From Azolla caroliniana (Eukaryota > Plantae > Polypodiophyta), in assembly GCA_043228905.1 (NCBI GenBank), contig JBHGNT010000010.1, positions 1,054,001 through 1,118,000 of the forward strand: a DNA stretch of 64,000 bases, written 5' to 3'. This document shows positions 11,101 to 22,832 of this stretch, piece by piece (within the stretch, counting starts at the first letter, position 1; each line of letters starts with the position of its first letter). The position numbers were made by a program, and so were the translations under genes. A model generated the notes under the pieces. The model ran no database searches, was not told where the DNA came from, and saw only the letters and a program-made list of their open reading frames with translations.

Positions 11101-14100
11101 GCTTTGGAACGCTAACGACTGTGCCAATATATCATCTTGTAAGCATTAAATTTTGATTTTGATTGTTTTATGCACACCTTCAAAAGGGAACATATCCAGC
11201 ATTCCAGATGGTGAAGAATCTTCAGCAAGTCCAATGAATTTGAACTTGTAAATCTTTGGTTACGACTTTATATGGCTGCAAAAATGATGCAGCTTGTACT
11301 ATTCTTGTACTCTATGCAGTTTTAGGCATATTTTGGTTATCAAAATATAGGACATCTTTCTTAATGAATTCTAACATGTGGCATTGGCAGGATCGGTCTC
11401 TTGACTTTCACAGGTTGTGTGCTCTTTATGCAGTCACAGGTGTTCACTCTCATGATATAATCTGTTTTGTTTTTACATTCCCCTCATACCCTCCAAAACA
11501 GGAAAAATAACACACATATCCTGATCATAATTGATGCCATGCATCTATTCATATGCTTCATGCATTATTCATTTCTCTTTTACTAAGATACAGAAAGAAC
11601 ACATGCACTGAATACGTCTAATCTGTCTCATATGTAGAGTTTGGCGTCTATTAGATGTTAATATAACTTTCTTTCTTACTTTTTTCATGAAGGGTATTTT
11701 ATTTAATAATAATGCAATTGAAAATACAAAATTTCAAAGCAACACACCAATGGTTGGAGGCTATTGCTATGTACTTTATTTCAATTCTTTGTAAGCCTGG
11801 TGTTTCCAATCCTGAAATTATATAATGGCATTTAATGGCAGATGTTGCACTTGTTACATCATTACGTGATGGAATGAACCTTGTGAGCTACGAATTTGTG
11901 GCCTGTCAGAATGGGAAGAAGGGTGTCCTCATCCTGAGTGAGGTAAACATTATGACAGGTTTTCCATCGAGAATCCCCTATTCTTGCATCATATAGGTTC
12001 GTCACAAATCTAGGTAAGTTTAGTAAGCATGTATGGTTATTCTAGGGCAGCCATATATGGCGTGGACCATGAGTATACTACCTTTTTTTGTCTTTTTCAG
12101 CTAGCCGGGGCAGCTCAATCACTAGGTGCTGGTGCTATTCTTGTCAATCCGCGGAACATCAGTGATGTTGCCATTGCAATAAAGGATGCTCTAGATATGA
12201 CAGAAGGTTACAGGGAAGAGTGCCATCGGCATAACTATGAGCATGTTACGACACATACTGCCCAGGTTTGGGCTGATACATTCGTAAGGTATAAGATCAT
12301 TGTGTTTTATTAAAATAATCAAGTGAGGCTATGTAGAGTATTTGTGTCATGTGTCTGGATATATGGCTGCTCACACATCTACTACTAAAAAAGCCATCAT
12401 TGATGGTCTCCTGTTCAGTATGAGCACCCAACCAGATGTCCCTAGTGTAGCAAAGGAAAAAACACCAAAATACCTCGAAGGGAATAAATATCCCTTTGTT
12501 GGAGTATATTTTGTAGAAGGGGGTATTCTTATACTTGTTTAGAACTTCAGGGTATTCTATTAAATACCCAATAAGTGAGGTATATTTTGGTGTTTTAAAT
12601 GCCCAGATGACTTTGATTGTGTTTATATCTCTAATGGAAAGTTGTTAAGCAGTGAGCTGAAAGAGACCATTTTGGAGGCTGAGCAGCGAACCCTGCACAT
12701 TCCATCTGTTCTTCCTGTACAAGAAGCTGTTGAAAAATTCCAGCGAGCACAGAATCGCCTCCTTATCTTGGTCAGGCAGATTTACTTTCGCTAAGATTAA
12801 ATAGAATATTATGAATTATGTTACTCAATGCTGTTAAATTTTATTCTCAAATGGATGTAAACGGAGTCTTATGTTTTACCTAAAAGAAATGAATTCTGGT
12901 CAGGTAGATTCTCTTTAAAATTCATAGTACTCCTGAACATCCGTTTTTGTCTAGAAATCTAGGCTTTACAGCAAAAAGATCCTTAGTATTCTGAGAAATT
13001 ACAAGTTTATTGACATTTTGAAGCTTTGGAGAATAAGCTTGCCGACTTGATTAAAACATGAAAACAGGTCTGAGACAATATTTTTAAAAAATCTATGAAA
13101 ATGTAGGGAGATGTGGTTCAAAGTTGGGCATTGTATATGAACTTTTCGATCAACGGAATGTTACATTTGCATCATTTTTCTCGTCTTGTATATTAAGGCT
13201 ATGTGTTTCAGGGTTTTAATGCTACTATAACTACACAAGTAGATGGACCTGGAAGGCGAGGACAGGAACAGATTCGAGACATGAAGTTACGTCTACACCC
13301 TCGCCTTCAAGATGTGTTTGATACTCTTTGCTGTGATCCAAAGACAACCATAGTGATACTGAGTGGAAGTGAACGTAGTGTTCTTGATGAGGTGAATTCA
13401 TGGCTAATTTTATTAACTACATTTCAATATATTAACTACACACTTGTCTAAGGTGTACTAGATTATGCATTTTTGGGATCATGAAATTGATTAATTTGGT
13501 CAAAAATATTTAAACAGGCATTTGGGAGATTTGACCTATGGTTAGCGGCTGAAAACGGAATGTTCTTGCGCCACACTCGGGGTGATTGGAAGACCACTAT
13601 GCCAGAGCACTTAAACATGGATTGGATGGATAGTGTACAGGTTAGGAATGAAAGAAAAAACATAAATTTCTCATTACTTCTTTCAATATTTCTTTACTCT
13701 TTTTTCCGTCTTCACAGCCAGTTTTTGAATATTTCCGTGAACGGACTCCTCGTTCCTACATCGAAGTTAGAGAAACATCCCTACTTTGGAACTACAAATA
13801 TGCTGGTGTGTGGTTGTTTGTGTAGTTTCTGCTGGATTCTCATGTTTATCTCATCTCTTTACGTCGCATATTTGAACCTCTGCTACATGATTGTATATTT
13901 TCCTGTTTATGTTGGGTTTGGAATGGAATATACGTAGATGTTGAGTTCGGCCGAGTGCAAGCGAGAGACATGCTACAACATTTGTGCACGGGTCCAATTT
14001 CGAATGCTGCAGTTGATGTGGTACCGGGCGGGTGGTCCGTGGAGGTTCGACCAGTGGGCGTTTCGAAGGTAACTACTATTCTATCAATTTACTATCTCAA

Positions 14101-14839
14101 TGCTTCACTTCTTAAATATATATATAAGAGAGCTTTATGTAAAGAGCATTATATTTATTGTTATCAATTTCAAGTGATTGTGTAAAATTTGCCAAATGTT
14201 ATGGGCAATTATGCCAGTAGTCAGGATTGATCATTATTCTTGATATTTCAATCTCGGAAGCTTTGATTTGGTATCAGGGTGCTGCAATCGACAGAATCCT
14301 TGGCGAAATTGTACATAGGAAGCGCATAACAAGGCCAATAGATTATGTTCTTTGCATTGGTCATTTTTTGAGCAAGGTACAGTTTTACTTGGATCATGCG
14401 TTTTTTTTACACTTCATTTTTTTCTATTATCTTTGTCCTTACACACATTTTGTTTGTTCAATCTTTCAAGGATGAGGATATATATACATTTTTCGAACCC
14501 GAACTTCCTTATGACCGTGAATACAATGGGAATGGGAAAATTGTTGATGGTAAGAGTGTGATTGAGAAGCACATGGTACATGGTCACATGAAAACCTCAG
14601 TCCATAGTAATGGGAATATGGCCAAAACTTTGGTAAGTAAAGAGAAGAGTGTAAAAGAAAGTGAGTTGAGGACACAGGAAGGTTCTTCAGTCCTTGACCT
14701 CAAAGGCGAGAATTACTTCTCTTGTGCTGTTGGATGTAAAAGATCAAATGCTCGTTATTTGCTCCCATCTTCGGAGGATGTGATTTGTTTTCTCAAGTCC
14801 ATTGCCGCTAGTTATAGTTACCATACCCTCTCTCATTGA
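8118..14839 (+). CDS. TPS1: Class I alpha,alpha-trehalose-phosphate synthase (GT20 plus TPP-like domain). 17 exons: 8118-8835, 9192-9289, 9437-9825, 9929-10049, 10381-10482, 10583-10733, 11050-11138, 11391-11439, 11842-11942, 12101-12288, 12653-12770, 13212-13391, 13518-13640, 13718-13806, 13938-14068, 14278-14376, 14471-14839
   Basis: Motifs [79 protein letters not shown] and [13 protein letters not shown]. All introns are GT-AG, and 16 introns is typical of plant class I TPS. The exact start codon is uncertain. Confidence 0.95.
10162..10300. mobile_element. Short degenerate MITE-like element in TPS intron 4
   Basis: Shares TAGAACT..GGGT.ATT...AAATACCCAA.AAG..GAGGTAT with the element at 12454-12604; imperfect inverted ends. 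Confidence 0.4.
12454..12604. mobile_element. Short MITE-like element in TPS intron 10
   Basis: Inverted ends AAAACACCAAAATACCTC / GAGGTATATTTTGGTGTTTT. Confidence 0.5.
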
Positions 14840-17800
14840 GAGGAGATTTGGTTTAATTGTGTCAACATTTTTTTGTAATGTGTAAAATAAGGTTGCCAAC
14901 ATCACTTCCTTGTTTAGTATCAATGGATTGAAATGATGAATGAAGGTATGTGAAAAAGTCATTCAAAACCTAAAAGTTTTTTTAGCAAGTCTTGTCTAAT
15001 TTCTGTACAGGTCTTGTTGTCTATTAAATTTAGCACACTAAAGAGCCAACATATTTGATTGAAGTAGTAATGATGGTTTGGGTTTTCGAGTCTTTGACAA
15101 AACGCAAAAGATGTGAACAATGCATTGATGGAAACGTGAGGAGAGTAATCTTATGTCTGCATCATAATGGTGCTCAATTGAACCAATACTTGTAACAGAA
15201 CAATCTTAGTGCTCTCATCTTATCGGGGTGGTAGAATGGAACATTAGAGAATGTACCATGTCCTTGGAAATCTTTCATGCAGTTGATTTGTTTTTGGGAT
15301 CATATTTGGTATGAGAAAATGGTACTAGAGATGGCCAAAATAGTTGTGTGCGGATATGATGTTGCCCTGAAGTGTGGTTTGAAACAACATTTGACAATTT
15401 GCTAGAGTTTAGGCCATCAATGGATTGACTAGGACCATTAGAAGCAAACCAATCCATGTTATTGTAGGTATGGATTGAGCATCGTTTCACAGGTGAAATG
15501 AGTTGAAGGTTTTTGTATTATGGTACACAAGAACTAATTGCATGTCCTTTGTATTTAGAATACCAGATGAACCACAAGCTTATTATTCTCTTAAATCATA
15601 CTGAGAATATTGTAGATGTAGGTTGTCACATGCACATGCGTTCACTCCAAAAGAGAGGACAAAGATGGGGTTGTGTTATCATAATGATCACCTAGATTGC
15701 CAAAATGATCACATGATTACTGAAGATGGCCAAAATGGTGGTTGAGTGAGTAGGTTATGATGAAATCAATAATGTTTGTCTAAATAAGTGAAAGAATTTG
15801 GACATTAATATGGATAAGTAGGAATTTTAAGTCATGTATGTGAGGACACAAGCCTTAAGAGTAGTTGTTACAAGAGTACAAGAACCTTGAGTGTGTGGAA
15901 TATAGATTATGTGCTTCCAAGTACAAGCAAGACACTTCATTGTATGGGCAAACTCAAGGTAAGGTTCCACACAAATCATTGAAAGTGTGAATGAAAGTTT
16001 GATGTAAGATAAGAACCCCAAGCACCCCGATGGCTGTTTCCGGTTTCCAACAGCGCCTAGGTGCTGTAAATCTGTATAGATATGGTACAAATTATTAGGT
16101 TATTGGAGTTGTTTGGATACGTTTGTTGAAAATGAGGTGGGGACTATGTCCACTTTGGTGGGAAGGCCAGAGTGAGGGCTAGTGAGAAGAACTTTGGGTG
16201 TTCTATGATGTAATTTTGTTTGCTAACTAATGCGAAGTAGTGTTTTTTTGGAAAAAAGAAAGAAAGATAAGAACCCCAAGAAGGTTCTAAGTGATGACAT
16301 TGATTTAAAGGTTATGTTTGTCAAAAGGATTAACACAAGGGAATGACTCAAAAATATTCATCATTCTTGGTGTTTATGTAAAAGAATGTTGCTTTAAACT
16401 TATTTCTTTATGCACCATAATTTTCTTTTTGAATGCATTCTAGCATGTTCCTTGATCAATCCCTTGTGGCACTATGATAATAAAGTGTTAAGTTTATCCT
16501 ATTTATGTGCTAAAAAGAATGTTAACCTTGGTATATGTTATTTGATGATATTTCTTTTATTCAAAAAGCAAGTCTTGTCCTACATGATTATGTGGCATTG
16601 TGCATTTTGAAATGTTCTTAGAGATGAGTGACCTCTTGTCGTTGTTTATACATGGATCCTTCAATGAGGCTATTCTAGCTTATAGGCCCCACACATAATT
16701 CAATGAAACTATTATTAGATACATCTCTCAGTTAGAAACAAGTTAATGACACCTATATTTTTGGTAGCAATTCGGACATCATTCAATGTTTGTGACATAT
16801 GGATAGATTTTTGGGCCTTTGAGCAGTTATAAAAAGAAAAACAAGTGGAACAGGCATCAATCAGGTGTGGATGATATTTAAACATTTTATGTGGCTTCAT
16901 TGTACTTCAATCACAAAAATCAATCCTCAAACTGATTTGAAAAGTCAAAGAAATTGCGTACCTCTCGAGTTAATAAGATACATAGTCATTTCAAGGATTG
17001 CTTGATGAGAGTCTATCATCAAATAAGAATATCAATTTGACAAAGTCATGGTCTTTCTTGCTGGGATAAGCTTATTGACTTTGTAGAAACTTTAAGGTAT
17101 CTCAGGAGGCCTATACGATAATTCAAGGCTACCGTAAAAGGGACTTGTGGTTCATAGGAGCTTGATCTCTTATATGATATATCAAATGCATCAATCATCC
17201 ATGCACCTTTACAATTCATCAAAATTATGAAAAACAAATGTTTCATTGTGAAAGGGCTTCTTTCCTCGATTGTGACAGACACACATTGCTTTCATTGGGG
17301 AGGGAATAGATATAAATTTTAAGATTAGGAGGAAAATCTATATGAAAATTTCTCCATACATCGGAACTCAACCTATCTAGCGATATTAATAACATTTGGC
17401 AAATAATAATCAACTGACAAGAATTTATAGTAAAATGGCACGAAATTCTATAGTTGGTTGAAAGAAAAGAGAAGGTTGTGGGCTTCAAATCGTACATAGC
17501 CAAAGGGTTGTCTAGATGAAACAAAGAAACGAGTGGCTTTCGAGCCAACTCGATTAAAGGTTCGCTTGAAACATAATGTACCCTTATGCACGGTAGAAGG
17601 AGAAAAGTGTGTAAAAGGGAGAGTAAAAATACTCAAGAGGGAAGAAAAATCAAAATAAATTGGTGTATGTTGTCCAGGGAAACGAGAGGGTTAATTAGAC
17701 AACAGGAGCCCGAAAAAAGAAAACACTTGTCGGACGAAATGGGGAATTGTGGGACCGGAGAAAAGTGTCTGCGAGCACTTGAACAATGGGGCCTCGACGA

Positions 17801-18102
17801 AAAAGCAAATTTCAAAGAACTTCAAGGGAAGGTTTGATTCTACGTGGCACCTTTGAAGGATTCCTAGGGGCAGACTTGTTGACTGCCAATGTAAGCCAGC
17901 CCACTTTACAAAATAAATCTCTCCACTCAACTCACTCTATATATATATGTGTATGACCCTATGATTTCTTGATCATCCCTTGCCTAAGACCCAAGTGTGC
18001 CATAGAGCTCCCTTGCCTAAGTAAGACCCAAAGTGTGCCATAGAGCTCCACACCATCAATCTATCTGGTTATCTATCTAGATCATTAATCCCCATTGAGC
18101 AA

Positions 18103-19140
18103 ATGGCCCCTAGTGTCTCACCCTCTTCCCCTAGGCGCGATAAGCTAGGAGTCTCGGGCACCAAGCGCCGCTCACGGGCGGGCAACAAGCCGCCCATCCG
18201 CGTTCTCTCGGCCGACAAATCCAACTTCCGAAACATGGTCCAAAAGCTCACAGGCATCCATCCGGCTGCCCAAGCCCCAGCCCCAGCCTCAGCCCCAGCC
18301 TCAGCCCCAGCCTCAGCCCCTGCCCTAGCCCCTGCCCCTGCCCACATGGCTACTGGTTTTAACCATGACCTTCAATATGGGCATCAACTTTGGCCTTCTT
18401 ATGTGAGCAGCCATTCCCAAACAAACACCCAAATTTCCCCTCTTCATCCATCCCTCTTTAAGCCCAATGCCACATGCTCTTATGCCCCCCATCCCCATCC
18501 CCACATGGATATTGGCAATGTCTCGAATTCGATCAATGCCCGCCTGGGCATGTCCAATGATGGTGGTGTCGTCACATCGAACCTCGCCCATTGCAGCATG
18601 GCCAATGATGGCACCATGCCATTGAACCTCGCTCGCCATGGTCATGGTGTTGTAATCGATGCGGACGATGTTATGGCATCGGATGTGAACCGTGGGGGTA
18701 TGTCCGGAGGCGACAATATCTTCGGATCCATCCTCGGCGGGTGGGGCATGATCAATGATGATGGCATAGGCCATTACTCCAATGGCAACACCAAAGTTCT
18801 CCATGTCAATGGGAGCACAATGATCGGTCACGGTCACGGTCACGGTGGACTTGTGGATTTGAAATCCTTGTTTGGTGCAAGCCAATATGTGGGTCATGAT
18901 GGCTCAATGGGTGCTTATGAGGGAGGGGCTGCTGCTGCTGCTGCTCCTCCTCCTCATAGGCATGTGAGCATAAAAATAGACAAGCTCCAAATGATGAGGC
19001 AAGTTGCTGAGTTGGAGAGCTTGCTCATGAGCAATGATAAGATGGATGATTTTGGGTTCTCCCCTACCAATGTCCCAATGCCTATGTGGCCCTCTACCGA
19101 TGTCCTCGTCCACACGCCCCCGCCCAAAGTCATCGCTTGA
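18103..19140 (+). CDS. VQ-motif-containing protein, intronless, 345 aa
   Basis: KRRSRA..KPPIRVLSADKSNFRNMVQKLTG matches the FxxxVQxLTG signature, followed by a Pro/Ala repeat and a low-complexity tail. TATA-like tract near 17938. Confidence 0.92.
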   Translation: MAPSVSPSSPRRDKLGVSGTKRRSRAGNKPPIRVLSADKSNFRNMVQKLTGIHPAAQAPAPASAPASAPASAPALAPAPAHMATGFNHDLQYGHQLWPSYVSSHSQTNTQISPLHPSLFKPNATCSYAPHPHPHMDIGNVSNSINARLGMSNDGGVVTSNLAHCSMANDGTMPLNLARHGHGVVIDADDVMASDVNRGGMSGGDNIFGSILGGWGMINDDGIGHYSNGNTKVLHVNGSTMIGHGHGHGGLVDLKSLFGASQYVGHDGSMGAYEGGAAAAAAPPPHRHVSIKIDKLQMMRQVAELESLLMSNDKMDDFGFSPTNVPMPMWPSTDVLVHTPPPKVIA

Positions 19141-20831
19141 TCCCCGAGTAGCCTTCCTTTCGCTTGCACTTGTGTCCACCGTACTAGTCCCTCCTTCCTT
19201 CCATTTCCATTATGTGAGAGACATGTGTCCAACAAATCAATCTCCAATGCAATCGGTTACAAGGTGTATGCCTATAATTCAATGTTTGGGTAGTGCATAC
19301 CTTAAGTAACATACTAGATTGTGTCCTAATTAATCACCTTTTAGCTCATTAACACATTACCATGCCTTAAGGGCAGCTTTTCCTCATGAGCAAACCCACA
19401 ATACACACAACTTGACCATCAAGTCAAGGTGTTGGTGGTCTCTCATACCTCTTTAATACCAACAATATGTGCATGTTCTAAATTTCTCTAATCTCTGAAG
19501 TAGCTCAATCTCCACCAACCTTTGCTCTCTTCTATTCATTAACTTATTATGGCATGAAAACATCTAAGAGGAAATCCTTGCACCTATACAATTTGCAATG
19601 TGAGGTTCTTGATCTTGTCTCAATCTATGAACCAATTGTAATGCTAATCATTACTTATGCTTGAAATACAAAGTTTTACATTAAATTTTCATTGATACCA
19701 TAATGAGGATAGATACTTTCAAAGGGAGCTATGAGGACATTATCATTATGGTTTTTTTAGCTCCATTAGGGTTGTTGAATTGTCGATTTTGAGCTAGATT
19801 CGTGCTCATAGAATATCGATTAGATGGACCTATATCATAGTAGATAGTCCGCATAGCATTCCTACGTGTTACCGTGTGCCTAGGAAAGTCTTTTGGTTCA
19901 ATCAGTAATAATGACCTTATTTAAAGGACGTAACAAATTCTTTGTGCTAGTGTTTGAACTCTTTGTGTATTGCACAAATTCTTTGAATATTTATCCTTCT
20001 ATTTTTTTCTTAACCATCCATTAAAAGTTGAGAATAAAGTCATACCCAAGTTCCTATTGTTTGAAGGACCAAGTTCAAGTAGCCCCTTATATATACTACA
20101 TTATTTTCTCTCTCATTCCTCAAGTCTTGATCTCAAAACCTAGTGTCACGCTTACATGTTATAATTTTAGTGCTTGAATATGATAAACTCATAAATCTTT
20201 GTGTAATAATCTATATGAACATGTAATGTCCCCTATACTATATGTATAAAAGCCAATACTGTGAGACCATGCTTTGTACTTGCCTATAGACATCAATTAC
20301 CTACTTGGTTTCCATAATAAAATCACGACGTGCCATTACCATGCTCTATGTCCTTTGTACTTATAAAAGAAAAATGGTATGATCGTTGATAGGAAAAAGA
20401 AAATATTTATGGCAACATTCAAGTATGGATAAAAAAAGGATGGTGCAAATTAATGACAGGGTTATATTAGGTGAAGTCATATATCTTAGAACTTGTAGAG
20501 AACACAAAGGCAAGGGGAAGAGTTTTTTCAAGAGAGGGTTTTGAAATTTAACAAAACAATGGAAGAGCTTTCACAACTAGGATTGGATCGTGGAACTTCG
20601 AAGTTTTCAATAACGTATGTTGAGGAACAATGGTAGTTTCTTAGGTCGTACTGTCAAATTTCACCAAATGTTTTCGAACAAACCTTCTAGAGGACGGGTC
20701 GTTTTGTTAGGTCAAGCTTTAATGTTTTATAATGGACAAAGGTGTAGAGTTATAATACGGACAAAGGCTTAAGTTTATAGTTCAACTTTATTTCATTTGA
20801 AATACCAAGAGAGTTTTTTTAGGGTTATAAT

Positions 20832-21312
20832 TAGCAATGGGCACTGTTTTGGCTCAAACCGAACCAAACTTTTAAGCCGTGGTTTAATGGTTTATTGGTT
20901 CCAAATAATAATAATGGTTTGGATTTTCGATAAACAGTTCGGTTCTAAAACTCGGGTTTATAGATTTATAGGTTTGGTTTAAAGGTTTATAGGTTTTTGG
21001 TTACCTTTTTTTCTACCTTGATAGTTTATTAATTTAATGGTTTAATTAATGGTTTTTTATTGATTTAATAAATTTAACTTAAATGTTTATTTAATTTAAT
21101 GTATTTTTGTTTATTTAAATGTTTAATTAGTTTGACTTAAATGACGATGTATTTTTTATTAAATGGTTTGGTTTACTTTTTCTTAAATGGTTTGGTTTAA
21201 ATACTTGAGAGTTCATAAACGGTTTGGTTTAAATACTTGAGAGTTCATAAACGGTTTGGTTTGGTTTTTGTTTTATATAAACGGTTCGGTTTCTTTGCCT
21301 TGCCCATTGCTA
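20832..21312. mobile_element. Non-autonomous hAT element (MITE), 481 bp
   Basis: 12-bp TIR TAGCAATGGGCA/TGCCCATTGCTA, perfect 8-bp TSD GTTATAAT, and subterminal AAACCG/CGGTTT motifs. Confidence 0.9.
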
Positions 21313-21791
21313 GTTATAATATGATTTTCCTGAAAAGTTTCCTTTTATGTGGCTAATATTTGTTTTAAGAAAAGATTGCATGATGGTTTATATTCTCATG
21401 CTTTTGTAGCAACCTTTCACAAGGTAAGTCGTCATAGAAAACACGCCATTTTCTATGTTTGTCATAAGTAGAGCCATTTTTGCGTTTACATTCCTTTGTA
21501 ATTTTATAGTGTGTTGTCAAAAACGACTCAACCACAACTTAATTCACATTATGACAATGAACTTATATGTATATATATTTATGTATGTATGTGTATCAAC
21601 AATACTATTGCACTCTTAACCTACAAAATATTTCTTGGATGGCTTGCGGTTGCTAGAGTTCGACTAGTTTTGTTCCTCAAACTTTTTGCTTTGCACGATC
21701 TATTTCCCTAAACCATATTCCCTTTATGAATATTATTTTAAACTTCACAACATGCCCCTCAATATTCGCTTTCACACATGGATATTAAGTT

Positions 21792-22243
21792 TAGTAGAGA
21801 TTATTTCTAATGTAAGCATGAAATAAAGAAATAAATGATAGGTAGATAAGAGAAAGAGATAGAAAGAAGGGTGCCGATCCACTCGACTACCTTGAGTAAA
21901 GGGATTGAGACGAACTCGAGCCTTGATCGACATCCCATACCACCACCATGGGATCAAGTCGTACCTAGTATTAGCGCGCTCACTACAAGAGTCTATTCAC
22001 CATAAGATCACAATCTTGATGTAATCGAATAAGGTGACTAATGAGGGTAGCTAGGCGTCATATTTATAGCAAGACCTAAGGCCCCAGGCAAGTTCACTTG
22101 GCCCTTACATGTTGTCTCAATTCCTAGAATTAAAAATAATCCTCCCTTCTTTACATTCTCAATTAACCCTCATACTTTATTCTCATGTGTAGAATACAAC
22201 AATACAACTTACCATGGGATAAATTATGGTCATGGTCATAACA
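21792..22243 (-). mobile_element. Solo LTR (~452 bp), same family as 29614-30066
   Basis: Its reverse complement aligns with 29614-30066 (e.g. GCTATAAATATGAYGCCTAGCTACCCTCATT). Near-TSD AAGTT/AAGTC. Confidence 0.8.
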
Positions 22244-22832
22244 AAGTCTCATTGGCTACTTTTTTTGGTGGAAAAATGTATTGAGTTTGCTTTATTGTGA
22301 AATAGATGAAGTGCTCCACACATTCCCTTCAGTTTTATAGCATCATTGGGCTTAACGATTATGTGTTGTGCTTTTGTGGGATAGCCTTACTTAATAGCAA
22401 CCAAGTTGTGGTGCTTTGTCGGTTACAACTTCAATGGTTAACTATAATTTGTATCCATCTCGAAGTCTCGCGTGATCTATGGCACCAAATTATGAAAGAG
22501 GTAGTATTCCAACTCATGACGTAATGAACATTAAAAGCACCATTTGAAAGCTTTACATTGGCATAGAACATAAAGGAGGATACATATGTAGATTGTGTGC
22601 ATGACAGCGCATTGAAAAAAGTACAAGAGAAATTAGAGGAATTCAGTAAATTTGAATTTAATGAATATACGATACAAATCGATGTCCGATTCCCCCTTAT
22701 ATCTATCTATTTACAACTGTGCTAACATATATGGGACACTTTCAAAAAAAATCAACTAGCCATTTTTGTTTCCACAATTCTACTTCAGCATTCTGTGATA
22801 CATGCCTTTGGCATTCCTTTTTTGAAGTAACA

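Noticed and set aside
12101-14068. RNA editing as the explanation for W>R, F>L and R>C/W changes in TPS
   Set aside because: This is a spliceosomal-intron nuclear gene; plant C/U editing is organellar, and several of the changes are not C/U-correctable.
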